Shown: piece after piece, positions 1 through 9,883 of the stretch | How positions within the stretch are numbered: position 1 is the first letter of the stretch | Layout: every line of letters begins with the position of its first letter | From: an uncultured Succiniclasticum sp. | GTDB taxonomy: Bacteria > Bacillota > Negativicutes > Acidaminococcales > Acidaminococcaceae | Reading direction: 5' to 3' | Assembly (NCBI GenBank): GCA_905233365.1 | Contig: CAJODT010000018.1 | Location: 1-59,235, forward strand | Length of the DNA stretch: 59,235 nt | The notes under the pieces: model-generated | Seen by the model: the letters and a program-made list of their open reading frames with translations, nothing else | What the model was told of the DNA's origin: nothing | The model's database searches: none | Program-made: the position numbers and the translations under genes

Positions 1-35
1 TTTTGTTTTGGATGTTTCAGGGAAAGGAAGATACT

Positions 36-1553
36 ATGAAACTTGGCTTATATAAAGCAACACTTGAAGAAAAAATGTCGGAGTTTGACATTTGGGTTAC
101 GCCGTCGCTTGGCGAGATTCGTGATATGCCACAGTTTAAAGAAAACCTGAATGCTATGAAAGAGGGCTTTGATATAGTAGCAAAGATTACGAACAACTTT
201 AAGAGCGCATCGGACTGTTCATCGTCTGCATTAGCGAAAAATACCGTAGAGCTGATTGGACAAAAGAGTGATAAAGAGAAAGAAAAAATCTTAAACTGTA
301 TTTGTAATGTTTTGCTCATTACAACAGGCAAATCTGATAATAATCTGAAGTGTCAATTTCCATTATCGCTTCGCAACGTATACAAGATTAATCACTATCC
401 CCAGAAGTCACGCTCCGGTAAATGGATTGTCAAATCATTACCCAGAACATTGCAATTTGATACAGTAACAAAGATAGTAATGCAGACGACGGAACAACCT
501 GCTTTTCAGAAAAACTTCCTTGAGTGCTATTATCATTTGATAATTTCTGATGAAAGTTATGCAAAGCAACTTTGGAGTTTGGGGCGGGCATACTGCGACC
601 AAAAAAAGGCAGGTAATGAAGATGCGCTGTTAAGCGCTATGGTTGTTTTCCAATCGCGTGGTTCCATCACGGCAACACAAGGGCATATTCCGGAAAACAT
701 CCTTCGCAAGTATATGACTGATTGGGGATTAAAAGAAGAAACAGACTTTAATACGCAGGATGTTGAACTTGGACAGTTGTTAGGCGATATAGATATTAAT
801 CCGCAAATCAAAAAACGCAAATACGATTTTATTATTCCTTACCAGTCAAGGAAAGATGGCGCAAAGGTATTTATTCAGAGTCAGTTTTATGCAGGCGACT
901 CAGGCAGCGTTTCTCATAAGGTGGTTGATCAGACAGATAGCAGCAGGGAAGCTACTTTGCGAAAGTTTCCGGAAGCTGTGTTTATTGAATTCTTGGATGG
1001 CGCAGGTTATTTTTCATCGCTGAATGGTGACTTAAGAAAGATGCTTGCGAAACCGTCGACGAAAGACTTTATCCAGATTAAAACGGCGCCGCTCAAATTA
1101 CGCAGGGAATTACAGGGTATCAATTTTCTAACTACACTGGAGATTGAACTTGCTATTTTAATAACAGGCGGTTCAAAAGCGAAAGTGACAGAAAGGCTTC
1201 AGGCGGATGGATACTCTGTTGATGAAATTAATACAGCTCTTAAGGAAGCCGAAAATAAACTCTTGCAAATTGACGGAAATACATTTAAAATCAAACCTGA
1301 AAGGGAAGGCATTGTAAGGAAGTATTGTATTCTTGATATCATTGCGAATTTTGGCAGACCGATTCCGTCTGATAAGACGACAGGCTGCTTAATGGTGCCG
1401 GGATATTCAACCTATTGGGGTATGCCCCAGAATGATGTAATCAGGAAAGCAATCGAAATTGCGCCTATGTTGGAAAAAATGTGGCATTCTACAACGGATG
1501 TCTTTGACGATATCCAATGGTTAACAGAGAAAGGCTTTGTGAAGAACGGATGA
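36..1553 (+). CDS. Putative type II restriction endonuclease (PD-(D/E)xK-like, DpnII-like motif)
   Basis: ATG at 36 after GGAAAGGAAG. The segment KRKYDFIIP...FIQSQFYAGDSGSVSHK resembles the DpnII-type nuclease core. Its stop overlaps the start of a DNA methyltransferase (ATGA). AT-rich. Confidence 0.55.
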   Translation: MKLGLYKATLEEKMSEFDIWVTPSLGEIRDMPQFKENLNAMKEGFDIVAKITNNFKSASDCSSSALAKNTVELIGQKSDKEKEKILNCICNVLLITTGKSDNNLKCQFPLSLRNVYKINHYPQKSRSGKWIVKSLPRTLQFDTVTKIVMQTTEQPAFQKNFLECYYHLIISDESYAKQLWSLGRAYCDQKKAGNEDALLSAMVVFQSRGSITATQGHIPENILRKYMTDWGLKEETDFNTQDVELGQLLGDIDINPQIKKRKYDFIIPYQSRKDGAKVFIQSQFYAGDSGSVSHKVVDQTDSSREATLRKFPEAVFIEFLDGAGYFSSLNGDLRKMLAKPSTKDFIQIKTAPLKLRRELQGINFLTTLEIELAILITGGSKAKVTERLQADGYSVDEINTALKEAENKLLQIDGNTFKIKPEREGIVRKYCILDIIANFGRPIPSDKTTGCLMVPGYSTYWGMPQNDVIRKAIEIAPMLEKMWHSTTDVFDDIQWLTEKGFVKNG

Positions 1554-2308
1554 ATACCATAAGGAGCAACATATACGAATCAATCAATAACTGCGGAATA
1601 GCGATTCTGCCTCCGATGGATGTATTTGAATCTATTGCGTTGTTAAAAAACGAAAATATACATGCGGAGTGTACCATGCTTGATCCCTGGTATAATAAAG
1701 GGAAGGGCGGAGTGTTGCCTACAGTTGAGTATGACGATTTTATCAAAAAATTGTTGAATAACTGTAGCGAGATTTCTGATTTGTTATATTTGTGGGGCTT
1801 TCCTGAGATTATTGGTCCTTATGTTCGTTTTGCTCCTGATGATTTTTACATGGTTGCATGGCTAACCTGGTATTATAAGAATTGCCCTTCGGTTATACGG
1901 GGATGGCGTTCGAGCCAGAATGCCTGTATTCAATTTATGAGAAAAGGTTATTCCATGCATCCTGAGCATTTTTTAAATGAAACGCAGAAATCGAAATTTG
2001 ATGCTGGAAAAATGCGCTTTGTGCCAGGGCCGCCGAGCGTGATTGAATCTCCGCTAATTATTGGATTTGTAGGTAAGAATGAGCAGACAGGGCATCCGTC
2101 ACAAAAACCTGAAGCAGTATTTAGTAAACTGCTCCTTATGGCATTGAAGTCTGATCAATTAGTGTTTGATCCAATGGCAGGGTCAGGGACAACTGGCGCC
2201 TCTGCTGTTAAAAACGGATTTAAGGCGATTCTGTGCGATAAAAGTGAAGAGTATGTTTCTATGATGGAACAGCGATTAAATGTCAAACGCATTTCTCTCG
2301 TGAATTGA
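1550..2308 (+). CDS. Site-specific DNA methyltransferase (N4-C/N6-A, beta class)
   Basis: Motif IV-like DPWY near the N-terminus, HPSQKP, and SAM-binding motif I VFDPMAGSGTT near the C-terminus. ATGA overlap with the upstream gene. Confidence 0.85.
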   Translation: MNTIRSNIYESINNCGIAILPPMDVFESIALLKNENIHAECTMLDPWYNKGKGGVLPTVEYDDFIKKLLNNCSEISDLLYLWGFPEIIGPYVRFAPDDFYMVAWLTWYYKNCPSVIRGWRSSQNACIQFMRKGYSMHPEHFLNETQKSKFDAGKMRFVPGPPSVIESPLIIGFVGKNEQTGHPSQKPEAVFSKLLLMALKSDQLVFDPMAGSGTTGASAVKNGFKAILCDKSEEYVSMMEQRLNVKRISLVN

Positions 2309-2320
2309 TTAAAATCAATC

Positions 2321-2360
2321 AAACTCTCAGAACGCATGGTTCTGCGTTTTGAGGGTTTTT
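2321..2360 (+). terminator. Rho-independent terminator after the RM operon
   Basis: AAACTCTCAGAACGCA-loop-TGCGTTTTGAGGGTTT hairpin followed by T runs. Confidence 0.6.
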
Positions 2361-2374
2361 GCTTTTTCATAGTG

Positions 2375-2476
2375 CAGGAAGACGGGGCAACCGCAAAGCC
2401 TCCGCACTCCTGTAGTTTGAATTCTGTAGCTTACGGCTACGCCTGTAGAGATATATAAACTATCAATCCTATATAT
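2375..2476 (+). repeat. ~102-bp repeat, left copy (inverted partner at 9928-10030)
   Basis: Manual alignment to the reverse complement of 9928-10030 gives about 13 differences in ~102 nt. Shared core AGTTTGAATTCTGTAGCTTAC(G/A)GCTACGCCTGTAGAGA. Confidence 0.9.
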
Positions 2477-2678
2477 TTTAAGAGGTGGTGGAACCAAACC
2501 TCAGTATTCATGCGCATTTACGTTGCAAGGCTGGTCGTTTTTACGACCAACCCCGTTATAATAACGTCTATATTCAAAAATCGATATCATATGACTACCA
2601 GGCTTTTATGATATAATACTATTAACAGGAAAGTCGGGAGTGCTTTTAATCACTGTTATTACCCAGGAGTTGTTAACA

Positions 2679-3035
2679 TTGAAACTGTTTAAACAATTTA
2701 TCATCATTATCGCGCTGTCCTTCATCGGCGAATTGCTGCACGCGCTGATTCCGTTTCCCATACCGGCCAGCATTTACGGCATCCTTCTGCTGTTTATGTT
2801 GCTGGAACGGAAGGTGTTGCGGCTTGATGACGTCAATGAAGTATCATCTTTTCTGATTTTCATTATGCCGTTGCTGTTTGTGCCTGCCGCGGTGGGCCTG
2901 ATCGACGCCTGGGACGAATTGCGTGCTTCGCTGACGGCCTACGTCACTATTATTGTCGCGGTCACACTGATCGTCATGGTTGCAACGGGACTGATCACAC
3001 AATGGTTCCTGCGTCATTCGCGCAAGTCGGTTTAA
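2679..3035 (+). CDS. CidA/LrgA family holin-like protein
   Basis: PIPASIYGILLLF and LLFVPAAVGL motifs with four TM segments. TTG start after AGGAG. Followed by an LrgB gene. Confidence 0.9.
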   Translation: MKLFKQFIIIIALSFIGELLHALIPFPIPASIYGILLLFMLLERKVLRLDDVNEVSSFLIFIMPLLFVPAAVGLIDAWDELRASLTAYVTIIVAVTLIVMVATGLITQWFLRHSRKSV

Positions 3036-3054
3036 TAGAAAAGGAACACCATCC

Positions 3055-3747
3055 ATGAACGCATTTTGGCAAACTTCCGCATTTTTTGGTATATTCGTCA
3101 CGCTGTTTTTTTACGGCGTCGGCATGGTGCTGAAACAAAAGGTGAAGCATCCGCTGGTGAACCCGATGCTGCTGGCCATTATCTTTACGATTTTGTGCTT
3201 GCATCTTTTCGGTATCGACTATCGGACCTACAACCACAGCGCGAAATATATCAGCTATCTGATGACGCCGGCTACCATCTGCCTGGCGGTTCCGCTGTAC
3301 CGGCAGCTGGACGCGCTGAAGCGGAACTTTAAGGCTGTCATGTTCGGAATCACCTCCAGCGTGATGATCACCATGGTTTCGGTGCTGGCCTTTGCCCGCT
3401 TTTTCGGACTGAGCCACGCTTCCTATGTGACCATGCTGCCCAAATCCATCACCACGCCCATCGGCATCGGCGTGGCGGAGGAGCTGGGAGGTTATGTTTC
3501 CATTACGGTTGCTTCCATCGTCATCTCCGGCATTCTGGGCAACCTGTTTGCGGAATCCGTCTGCAGGATTTTCGGAATTCATGAGCCCATCGCCAAAGGC
3601 ATCGCCATCGGCTGCGCCAGTCATGCCATGGGCACGGTGAAAGCACTGGAGATGGGCGAGGTGGAAGGCGCCATGAGCTCACTGTCCATTGCGATAGCTG
3701 GGATTTTGACTGTCTTCGTGGCGTCTGTGTTTGCGACGCTGTTGTAG
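3055..3747 (+). CDS. LrgB/CidB family membrane protein
   Basis: PATICLAVPLY, PKSITTPI and GCASHAMGT motifs. Confidence 0.92.
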   Translation: MNAFWQTSAFFGIFVTLFFYGVGMVLKQKVKHPLVNPMLLAIIFTILCLHLFGIDYRTYNHSAKYISYLMTPATICLAVPLYRQLDALKRNFKAVMFGITSSVMITMVSVLAFARFFGLSHASYVTMLPKSITTPIGIGVAEELGGYVSITVASIVISGILGNLFAESVCRIFGIHEPIAKGIAIGCASHAMGTVKALEMGEVEGAMSSLSIAIAGILTVFVASVFATLL

Positions 3748-3860
3748 AAAAATCTTCCGGCGGTTGTTTATTTGATTTTTATTTTATATTATAATAGTTC
3801 TGAAGAGACAAATATTTACACACGACATTTAATATAGCAATTAAAGGAGGAAACTGCGCC

Positions 3861-4648
3861 ATGTACCATTATAATCTTGAGTTCGTTCTGGTTGGAATGC
3901 CCGATCAGGTGGTTTCCATTTTTTCCCACCTCATGCCTCTTGAGCGCTTTACCCATGACGTTAAAGGCTTCGCCTCTTTAGCGGAAGTTCCCGCCGGTAC
4001 GGAATGGCCGCTGAACACTTTGACGAAAATCACGAAATCATCGGTACAGTGGGCATCGCCCGGGACATCACCAAGGAAAAGGAAGCCCAGAAGCAGTTGA
4101 TGACGCTGGCCAATAACGATCCGCTGACCGGTCTCTATAACCGTCATTTTTTTTACCAGCGGCTTAGAAAACGGCGCAAGGGAGAGTCCCTGACCCTTTG
4201 TTATATCGACCTTGACCATTTTAAATATATCAACGACACCTACGGCCATAAGGTAGGAGATGAAACGCTGATATCGGTGGCGAACCTTTTGCGCAAAGCT
4301 TTCCCCAACGGGTTTATCACCCGTATGGGCGGCGATGAATTTGTAGTGGCCCTGTTTAACGTCAGTGATCGCAATGCGATCAGGGAACGTGTGGAATTTG
4401 TGATGGACGCACTGAAAGCGTTTTACCAGAATGACGATCGCATGAGAACCCTTGCCATGAGCGTCGGCATCGCGAAATCGGAAAACGAAGAGGCGGACCT
4501 GGATATGCTGCTGCAGCAAAGCGACGATGCTTTGTACTGGAGCAAACAGCACGGCCGGGACCAGTATGTCTTCTATGATGAGATACTCAATGAGCTGCAC
4601 CGTTTTAAAGAACATGTAAAGCATGAAGACAGGAAACCGGAAGAATAA
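3861..4648 (+). pseudogene. Diguanylate cyclase (PAS-GGDEF) with internal deletion and frameshift near 4018
   Basis: A strong RBS (AAAGGAGG) precedes ATG 3861, but that frame stops at 4100. Another frame carries only the end of a PAS/PAC domain (FDENHEIIGTVGIARDIT), then DPLTGLYNR and an intact GGDEF. Confidence 0.7.
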
Positions 4649-4649
4649 A

Positions 4650-5300
4650 ATGAATTATTATTTTCCAAGTTGTAATTTTACAAAATTGCGTACGGAGACA
4701 TCGGAAAAAGTGAAAGGCTTTATGGCTTCGGCAGGCTTCCGGGTCGTTGGCTGCTGCCGTCCCGGACATAAAGCGGTATCGGGGTGGAATGACACCGTGG
4801 TCACCGTTTGCGAGACCTGCAGCATCATAATCGGAGAGAACTGCCCGGCCGCAAAGGTGATCAGCCTGTATGAGTTCATCGACAGCCTGCCGGATTTTCC
4901 GTTTCCCGATTACAGGAGGGAGCGCGTCACGCTGCAGGACTGCTACCGCGCCAAAGCAAAAGAGGCGGAAAGGGCGGCGGTGCGGAGCGTGCTGCGCAAA
5001 ATGAATGTGGAAATCGTGGAGCTTCCCGGCACAGAGGAAGAAGTCAACTTTGACGGCAGCTTTTTGTTCGGGCCCATGCGTCACGACAATTTTACCCTGG
5101 CGCCCCGGCGTTTTGCGGAAATCAAAAAGGACATGCAGCCCAGGTCGCCGGAAGAGATCAGGGCCTGGCTGCAAAAATACTGTCAGCGTTTTACCACGGA
5201 ACGGGTCGCCTGTTACTGTAACTCCTGCCTGACGGGACTTGAGCAGGGGCTGCCGGAAGGAAAACGGGCAGTGCATGTGGCGGAGTTGCTCTTTCCGTAA
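4650..5300 (+). CDS. Cys-rich CCG-domain-like (HdrB-like) putative Fe-S protein
   Basis: YYFPSC, GCC, CETC, QDC and YCNSC motifs, ending in HVAELL, which is typical of duplicated CCG domains. Confidence 0.55.
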   Translation: MNYYFPSCNFTKLRTETSEKVKGFMASAGFRVVGCCRPGHKAVSGWNDTVVTVCETCSIIIGENCPAAKVISLYEFIDSLPDFPFPDYRRERVTLQDCYRAKAKEAERAAVRSVLRKMNVEIVELPGTEEEVNFDGSFLFGPMRHDNFTLAPRRFAEIKKDMQPRSPEEIRAWLQKYCQRFTTERVACYCNSCLTGLEQGLPEGKRAVHVAELLFP

Positions 5301-5454
5301 TAATGCAGTATTAAAGTACCCGTTACGCTGAGGTTGATATTTCAATCAAATGCAAAAAGGCCTTTTGTATTTTTTATGCTTTCGGATTTGGGAAGAGGCT
5401 GACTTCATTTTTGAGCTTAAGTTAAGAATCAAAGTCAGAAAGGGGGCGCATGTT

Positions 5455-6201
5455 ATGAATCGTTGCAGGCATTTCTTTACCGGACTTTTCATTGTGATTG
5501 CCTGCCTGTTTATGTTGAATCCGCAACCCGCAATGGCGGAAGGCCAGGGCGGTGAAGGGCAGGGACTGAACGAGCCGGGCGGCATCTTCAATGCCGCGCA
5601 GAATTTTATCGATACTGCCACCCATTACATCATCGGACGGAATGTGCGTGTGCGCGATACCGCCGAGGTGAGGGACGACAATGTTTCCGGGGAGTTTCAA
5701 TTTGGCGAACCGGTGCAGATCGTGGCGGAAATGGGCAATTTTTATCAGGTGAAGGTCATCAGTAACGAGATCATCCGGGAGTTGCCCCGCCGTTTTGTGC
5801 ATAAGGATTTTGTGGGAAGCTGGGAACAGGTGGAAAATAAAATGAAGCCTACCAGTTCGTACATGATAGAGCTGAACCGCATGGCGGACAAGATCTTTGC
5901 CATCAGTTTTAATATCAATCCGCAAGGCAGCACGCCGGTACAGAAACCCAAGACGAAAGAAGAGCAGATTCAGGAGATCCGTTATTTCCAGAATAAGATT
6001 CCCGGCATCCGTACCTATATCGCAGGCAGCGGGATGGGCAAGGAGACCATCGATAAAATGCTGGAAGCATTAAAGCTGGAAGAAGAACTGCTGAACATAC
6101 AGATGAAACGGCTGGACGATCCGATGCAGGGCGAGGCTTCCGCGGGCGTTTTTGAAATGCTGTACAGAACGTTACGGATTCTGAACGCGGAGTATTTGTA
6201 A
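5455..6201 (+). CDS. Hypothetical secreted protein with a possible SH3-like segment
   Basis: Signal peptide ending PAMA-E. The segment GRNVRVRD...GEPVQIV...FYQVKV...FVHKDFV resembles a bacterial SH3 domain. Confidence 0.5.
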   Translation: MNRCRHFFTGLFIVIACLFMLNPQPAMAEGQGGEGQGLNEPGGIFNAAQNFIDTATHYIIGRNVRVRDTAEVRDDNVSGEFQFGEPVQIVAEMGNFYQVKVISNEIIRELPRRFVHKDFVGSWEQVENKMKPTSSYMIELNRMADKIFAISFNINPQGSTPVQKPKTKEEQIQEIRYFQNKIPGIRTYIAGSGMGKETIDKMLEALKLEEELLNIQMKRLDDPMQGEASAGVFEMLYRTLRILNAEYL

Positions 6202-6212
6202 ATACCTTAATA

Positions 6213-6255
6213 AAAGACGAGATTGCTGCCGAACTTCGGCAGCAATCTCGTCTTT
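6213..6255. terminator. Bidirectional terminator between convergent genes
   Basis: Perfect 21-bp inverted repeat AAAGACGAGATTGCTGCCGAA-C-TTCGGCAGCAATCTCGTCTTT. Confidence 0.85.
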
Positions 6256-7664
6256 ACTTTTCTTTTACTTCATCCATGCAGCCGTCTAACTTTGCGTTCC
6301 AGATTCTTTCAAACAAATAGGCAGCACCCCGGATGCCGCAAAGGGGATCATCCGTGGCGATGATTTCCTGATAGGTGGGCAGCACGATGTTGCAGTTGAC
6401 GAAGGGCTTCTTCAATCGCACGAGACGACTTGCTTCTAAGGAAGACCCCATCACAAGTCCGCCGCTCCAGTTTTCAAAGGTTTCCTTCATGGCTGCGTCG
6501 TCTTTGCCGGCGATGCAGATTTTGGTGGCAGCCTTGGGACGCAGGGCAGTGTCCTGTGTAAAATGGATCACCAGGTTGCCCGTGTCCGCCCATTCCCCCC
6601 GGACCGCTTCGGCGATGCCTGCCGCAAGGCGGCGCGGCGATAAGGATGTTGTCGAACCACAAAGGGCCCCACAGGGATTGCATATTGCTGCTGCGGAACT
6701 GCAGCCGGGCGTTGACGGTTTCCGCTTCCTGCCGTACAGCTTCCAGATTTTTGGCGGGCAGTGCGGCGTTAATTTTATCCAGCCACGCCAACGTTCCAGC
6801 AATCCCGTAAGGCATACCAATGGAAAGGTAAGGCGTACCAAATTCTGCTTTTAATTCTTTGGCTGCCTTTAATGCCAGCTCGTCACGCAAAACCAGATTT
6901 AAATTTGCCCTGGGCAGCTCAATGATTTCATCCCACGCAGAACCGCCGCCGGGGATGGCGTTGATGTGATAGCCTGCCGTTTCCAGAATGCGGCGGATTT
7001 CATTTATGTCTTCTTCCCCCCGGAAGTAGGTGGGGGATAGGCCCAGCAGATTGAGGGAGGGCAATTTTTCGGAAGCTGCGTTGGGTTGCATTGCTTCAGA
7101 CTTCGTAGCGTTAAAGGCTGTTTCGTTATTTTGTTGTATTGCGTCAGGCTTTGCGGTGTTTTCAGCTTGCGCTGCGCCCTCTTTCACTGCGCAATTTATA
7201 TTTTTGTTTTCTTTTTTTACTTCCTCTATCACGCGCAACAGCGCAATCTCATATCCTTCTGCAAAATCGCCGGCGATGCCGCCGCAATCCACAGCGTAAA
7301 CGGGGCAGGGGAGTTCTGCCTTGGCTGCGATGCCTGCGATGTCGTCGCCTACTAAACTCACGCTGCAGTTATTGAGGATGAAGACCCGCTCCGGTGCAAA
7401 GTTTGCTTTTACAAAATCCAGCCCGGCCAGCAGGTCTTTTTCTGTTCCGTAGACCAGTGCATTGCCTTCCGGCTGAGTGCAATGGAAACGCCGCAGGGCG
7501 GACGCGTCGTAATCCTCCACGTATTTCATGGCGTAAAAATAACACCAGAGAGGTCCGTTGATGAGCATGAAGTTGCCGGGGATGGCGTCGAAAAACGCAG
7601 ATGCGCCGGTGAGGGCGCAGGTAGACATGTGGTGGCAGGAGGTCTTCCAGTTGTTGTCACGCAT
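6254..7664 (-). CDS. Nitrogenase component 1-like protein (NifK/NifN-like), frameshifted near 6628 in this sequence
   Basis: Cys motifs STCALTGA, INGPLWC and NNCSVSLVGDD, plus VYGTEKDL and MPYGIAGT. The C-terminal part (LAAGIAEA...GSSLE...PLCGIRGAAYLFERI) continues in the 6254..6841 frame. ATG 7664 follows AAAGGAGG. Confidence 0.8.
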
Positions 7665-8991
7665 ATGCAATCCCTCCTTTGTTTCCGTAACGGCACAGCA
7701 GACGGTAAATGGTGCGCATCAGGATCAGCTCGCCGTCCGTTCCGGCCAGGGGAACCATGGGGATGAAGAACTGCCTGACCGGGTTGCCGGGCAGTTCGTC
7801 TGTGGTCAGCAGTACGTCGGCTTGCTCCAGACAGCGGTTGTAATCGCCGTCGGCGATGATGGGGAAGTCCGGTAATCCTGCTGCAGTTTTCCAATCTTCT
7901 ACAGCGGAAATGACAGAATCCCTTTCTTCGTCCATCAGCTTATCGTACAAAATCACAGCGGAGATTTCCATCTGCATCCGTCGCATGGTGTTCAGTGTTT
8001 CCGCCGGGTTGTACCAGCGGGGCCCGCGACCGATGCCCAGCACTGCCTTCTTGTTTTGCGTTACGGGCAAAACGGATTGCACGTAATCCTTCAGCCGTTT
8101 TTCTTCCTCTTGAATGACAGTTTCGCCTTTTGCTTCGTCCTTCACGAACGTTGCAATTTTTCGCAGCCAGTTGCAGGTGTTCTGCCATCCTACGGGGTAC
8201 ACGTCGCGGATGGAAGGGGTGTCAAACCGTTCCGCCCATGCGGCGGCTGTCTTTTCCAGCCCGCCCTGGGTCTGTCCCGCATAGTTTAACGGTATCAAAA
8301 GGGACGCGGTGGACAGCTCGCCCCATTCTGCAAAGGGAACGTAGCCGGGGAACTGCCATTTCACGTCCAGATCAAAATACGAAAGCAATCGTTTCACTTC
8401 CCGGGCATACTGGCCGCAGGGTCCCATCTGGTCACCGAACAGAAGAACACGGCCGGGGATTTTCGGTTGCGGTTTGATGAAACGTTCCATGATGAGCCGA
8501 ACCGTCTGGAAATAGCCGTCGGAATATTCGCCGCCAAGAAAGCCGCCGTAGGGGACGCAGAGGACGGGAATGTGGTATGCAGCTTCGGCGTATTCCGCTT
8601 CCTGTTCCACGTCGTCGACGCCGGCCACACAGGACGTGGCAATGATCAGGCACTTGGGCTGCCACGTTTGCATGACGTGGGCGATACAGCCCCGCAGCTT
8701 TTCCACGCCACCGAAGATGCTTTCCCTTTCCTGCAGGTTGGAGGAGATAAGGGGGACAGCGTCCAGCTTTTCGTCCTGATGGTCACCGATGATGCGGTAC
8801 TGTGCGCCCAGGTCCATCAGCGTAGCCACGTGAGCGCAACCCAGCGGACTGTGAAAGATGACGGCGCAGCCATCGCAGAAGCTGACCGCCCGCCACACGC
8901 CGGGCATGGTGCAACTGCAGGATTTATTTTTTGTGAAAAGCCATTTGGTGGCTAATTTGTTCTTTTGTTCTGCATTCTTCGCGTTAGTCAT
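7657..8991 (-). CDS. Nitrogenase component 1-like protein (NifD/NifE-like)
   Basis: Cys motifs SCSCTMPG, HSPLGCAH and ATSCVAG, plus SSNLQERESIFGGVEKL. Translationally coupled to both neighbours. Confidence 0.85.
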   Translation of the reverse strand: MTNAKNAEQKNKLATKWLFTKNKSCSCTMPGVWRAVSFCDGCAVIFHSPLGCAHVATLMDLGAQYRIIGDHQDEKLDAVPLISSNLQERESIFGGVEKLRGCIAHVMQTWQPKCLIIATSCVAGVDDVEQEAEYAEAAYHIPVLCVPYGGFLGGEYSDGYFQTVRLIMERFIKPQPKIPGRVLLFGDQMGPCGQYAREVKRLLSYFDLDVKWQFPGYVPFAEWGELSTASLLIPLNYAGQTQGGLEKTAAAWAERFDTPSIRDVYPVGWQNTCNWLRKIATFVKDEAKGETVIQEEEKRLKDYVQSVLPVTQNKKAVLGIGRGPRWYNPAETLNTMRRMQMEISAVILYDKLMDEERDSVISAVEDWKTAAGLPDFPIIADGDYNRCLEQADVLLTTDELPGNPVRQFFIPMVPLAGTDGELILMRTIYRLLCRYGNKGGIAYA

Positions 8992-9806
8992 TATTCTCTT
9001 CCAAACTTTGCTGCAAGCTCTTCCAGCTCTTCAAACTCCATAGGAGTGGGAACAGCGAGCGCGGTATTGTCCCATATCGTTTCTGCCAAACTTTTATAAA
9101 CGTTTGCCTGCTCGCATTCCGGCGCAAATTGCAACACCGTCTGCCTCTGATTTTCCGCAAGGTTTACAATGCCATCCCGGGGCACGAAGGTAACGAGGCG
9201 GGAGTTCAGTTTTTCCGCAAACGCATGCAGCAGTTCCTTTTCTCCCGGCGTGTTGCGACTGTTGCCGATGATGCCCGCCAGCCTTACCGAACCACGGGAG
9301 GCAAAACGTCGGATGCCTTTGGCGATATTGTTGGCGGCATATAGGCTCATGAGCTCTCCGGAAGAAACAATGTAAATTTCTTCCGCGTAGCCTTCCCGGA
9401 TGGGCATGGCGAAACCGCCGCAGACCACGTCGCCCAGCACGTCGTAAAGCGTAACGTCAACAGGCGGAACGGCTTTCAGCTTATCCAGCAGTTGCAACGC
9501 CACGATGATGCCACGCCCCGCGCAACCCACGCCAGGCTCCGGCCCGCCCGCTTCCACGCAGGTGATGCCGTTGAATCCGGTGTGTACAATATCTTTCGCT
9601 TGTATCTTATCCATATCCGTAGTGCGGACCTTGTCCAGCACTGTTTCCCTGCAGATGTGCCCCAGCAGCAGCCGGGTGGAATCGTTCTTCGGATCGCAGC
9701 CGATTTGGCAGACACGTTTCCCCTGCAGACTCAATGCAACGGAAACATTGGCGGCGGTGGTGGACTTACCGATGCCGCCCTTGCCGTAAAACGCGATTTT
9801 CTTCAT
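8991..9806 (-). CDS. Nitrogenase iron protein-like ATPase (NifH/CfbC-like, group IV)
   Basis: [31 protein letters not shown] and [17 protein letters not shown], with both [4Fe-4S] Cys. GGAGG RBS. Confidence 0.95.
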   Translation of the reverse strand: MKKIAFYGKGGIGKSTTAANVSVALSLQGKRVCQIGCDPKNDSTRLLLGHICRETVLDKVRTTDMDKIQAKDIVHTGFNGITCVEAGGPEPGVGCAGRGIIVALQLLDKLKAVPPVDVTLYDVLGDVVCGGFAMPIREGYAEEIYIVSSGELMSLYAANNIAKGIRRFASRGSVRLAGIIGNSRNTPGEKELLHAFAEKLNSRLVTFVPRDGIVNLAENQRQTVLQFAPECEQANVYKSLAETIWDNTALAVPTPMEFEELEELAAKFGRE

Positions 9807-9837
9807 AGCGCCTCCAATATGGAAAGGTTTTCATTTA

Positions 9838-9854
9838 TTAAGAATGAATCTCAA
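9838..9854. promoter_or_regulatory. Fur-box-like operator of the nifH-like operon
   Basis: TTAAGAATGAATCTCAA matches the 7-1-7 TGAGAATnATTCTCA pattern at 12 of 14 positions. It lies between the -10 element and the RBS. Confidence 0.55.
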
Positions 9855-9872
9855 TTTAGTTTCGTTTTAACT

Positions 9873-9883
9873 ATTATAACACA
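9873..9883 (-). promoter_or_regulatory. Extended -10 promoter of the nifH-like operon
   Basis: The minus strand reads TGTGTTATAAT (TGn-TATAAT) about 70 nt upstream of ATG 9806. Confidence 0.6.

Noticed and set aside
6254-9806. Bona fide nitrogen fixation (nifHDK)
   Set aside because: The component-1 subunits are highly divergent, the FeMo-co Cys ligand is not evident, and there is no nifB, nifE or nifN in the window.
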